From assembly GCF_032191835.1 (NCBI RefSeq), contig NC_083235.1, positions 62,558,001 to 62,622,000 of the forward strand: DNA of 64,000 nt, in the 5' to 3' direction. The stretch is from Heteronotia binoei. Taxonomy: Eukaryota. Below the pieces are notes generated by a model, which saw only the letters and a program-made list of their open reading frames with translations, had not been told where the DNA came from and did no database searches. The stretch's first letter is position 1. Each line of letters begins with the position of its first letter. This document shows, in pieces, positions 61,555 to 64,000 of this stretch. The position numbers were made by a program, and so were the translations under genes.

Positions 61555-62832
61555 CCTCCTTTCTCCAGGTTGCGGACAGAGGGTGGTGGTAGGGTGGAGG
61601 GTTTCATATACTCATTGCTATGTGGAGTCTTCCAGGGGATATTCTCTCCCCGATGTCATTTAACATCTTTATGCACCCCTTTTCCAACTGACACCGAATC
61701 ACGGACTCAGATATCCCCAGTATGCTGATGACACCCAGCTCTATCTGTTGATGAGCAGCCAGCCAGAGGCCAACTCAGAATATCTGGCTAGGGGTTTGGA
61801 GGCCTCGGTTAGTTGGTTAAAATATAGCAAGCTGAAACTAAATCCAGTGAAGATGGAGGTCTTGTAGTTGGGCCGGGTGCGGGGGGTGGTGGTGGCAGAG
61901 CAGGTTGCCAACTCTCCTCTCTTGCTGGAGTCCCGTTGATAGCTGGACCATCCATGAAGACTTTGGGAGTGATCCTGGATGCACCTTTTCAAGTGAGGCC
62001 CAGATCACAAAGGTGGTTAAGCTGGCATTTTGCCACCTTCAACAGGTTAAATACATGTTGTCTTCTGACCTAGCCATGGTGATCCATGCAGTGGTCACCT
62101 CCAGACAAGATTACTGTAACTCGCTCTACATAGGGCTTCCCTTGAGAACGATCCAGAAAATGCAGCTGGTCCAGAATGCAGCTGCGAGAGTGTTGACAGT
62201 AACATTCTTTAGAGTGCGTATCCAACCAGTGTTCTGTCAGCTGCAGTGGCTCTAGATTGAGGACCGGATCAAGTTCAAGGTTTTGGCGCTGACCTTCAAA
62301 GCCCTTAAGTGTCAGGGACGAGCACGCCTTCAGGACCACATATCCTGGTACGTCCCCCGTAGAGTGTTACGCTCAAGTGACCAAAATCTGCTGGTGGTCC
62401 CCAGCCCAAAGAGCGTCCTTCTTAGCCCTGGCTGCAGCATGGTGAAACACTCTTCCAGGAGAGATGAGGCCCCTGTGGGATCTGGTACAATTTGGCAGAA
62501 CCTGCAAAACAGAGTTGTTCTGCTGGGCCTATGATTGAGGGCAGTACCAGGCCCCTGGCCAATAGGCTATGGCTAGTTTTTGGCCTCCATCATCCTTCCC
62601 TTTCCCTCTTGTTTCCCCCCTTCTTACCTTCTCAGATATTTGCTTACCGCCCCCTGTGCAAGTTTTTAATGCCATCTTGACTTTTTATAAAAATTGTTTT
62701 ATTGGTTTGATTGTATTTATTGATTAGTTGTATGTTCTCTTTCAGTATTTTAAATTGTGTATGTAAATTGTGTATTTATAAGCGTCACCCATCCCAGGCT
62801 CAGGGAGAGTGGGATACAAATTTAATAAATAA
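61555..62832 (+). mobile_element. L2-clade LINE fragment
   Basis: YADDTQLY RT motif (tatgctgatgacacccagctctat), VTSRQDYCNSLYIGLP...LVQNAAARVL and an L2-type 3' tail. Confidence 0.85.
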
Positions 62833-63113
62833 TAATATTTTGACAGGAAGTGAATGTGTAGATGCAAAAGTGGAGCTGTCTGTGAACAACAGATGGAGAC
62901 TTTGTAGCACAAAAGCACCAAGGAACAGTTCCTAAATACCTTTAGTGAGTCATATGTCTCTCGAGATGGTTGCAGAATCCTAATACAGAGTTGTAGCATC
63001 GCAAGCATATTTTCTGTAACTTGTCAAAATCTGTGAAAATATTTATAACGTTAGAGTCCGTGAAACCCTGAAGAAAAGTGTTCTTTCCCTATAGCTTGTG
63101 GTTTGGCACCTAG

Positions 63114-63425
<312 letters not shown>

Positions 63426-63660
63426 TAACCCATTAAAAAATCTCCCCTTTTCTTTCCCCTGTGCTCTTCGAAATATACCGACTGTTAACCCCTTCCTAGC
63501 CTTTGGTAATTGCTGGCTTGGGCTGCCCCCCCCCCCCCGAAGCCTTCCTGTTCACAGCTATACATGTTACAGGAACACAGAATGACCACTAACTGGTAAC
63601 CTTTGTTCTTACCGTAAGTCCTCTTGCAGTATTGTAGTATTTCTGCTTGTTTCCTTGCAG

Positions 63661-63738
63661 GTCAGTGTTTACCTTCAGAATTGGTCCCATGTCCTGAGCT
63701 ATGTGAGCAAGGCAGAGTCTACGCCAGAAATTGCAGAG
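63661..63738 (+). CDS. GPS1: GPS1 exon 6 ([26 protein letters not shown]); gene continues beyond the window
   Basis: ttgcag| acceptor, |gtagtt donor, 78 bp. Confidence 0.95.
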
Positions 63739-64000
63739 GTAGTTTGCTTTTTTCAACATGAATATAACCAGAAATCCCATTTGACACTTCAGGCCCATGC
63801 TGTTATTTCATATGATACCCTAGCTTATTATGCTGAGGCTCTCACAGTCTCCTTGGTCTCTGCGGTCTAGCTCTGGATAAGTCTGTTTAGGTTGCCTTAA
63901 ATAGCTCTGTTCTTCCTTGGATTGCGAGGAAGAGAGTATCAAGATAAATTAGTGATTGAATTTTGAGGTAGTGATCAGGTTCAGGAATATCCCTTGTGAA

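Overview
Vertebrate genomic DNA, very likely a squamate and probably a gecko judging by the SINE types. The gene order matches human 17q25.3: last 3 coding exons of LRRC45 (+), complete RAC3 (+, 6 exons, 192 aa), complete DCXR (-, 8 exons, 243 aa), complete RFNG (-, 8 coding exons, 402 aa), and the first 6 exons of GPS1/CSN1 plus its alternative first coding exon (+, continues past the window). All exon boundaries were read from GT/AG sites, and the frames close. Between DCXR and RFNG lies a decayed 14-3-3 gamma/eta-like gene with an uninterrupted coding region. The non-coding DNA is dense in CR1, L2, RTE/BovB, Penelope-like elements (PLEs), tRNA- and 5S-derived SINEs and hAT MITEs. The most unusual structure is in DCXR intron 2. 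There, a ~216-bp copy of the 14-3-3 pseudogene is split by a 1.14-kb tandem array of 458/479-bp chimeric units. Each unit is a PLE-type minimal hammerhead ribozyme plus half of a hAT MITE, which gives a retrozyme-like layout. A second PLE, with an inverted terminal repeat and hammerhead cores on both strands, sits upstream of the RFNG coding exons. Repeat family names and repeat boundaries were assigned by eye and are approximate. There are two assembly gaps (2609-2768 and 13066-13212).
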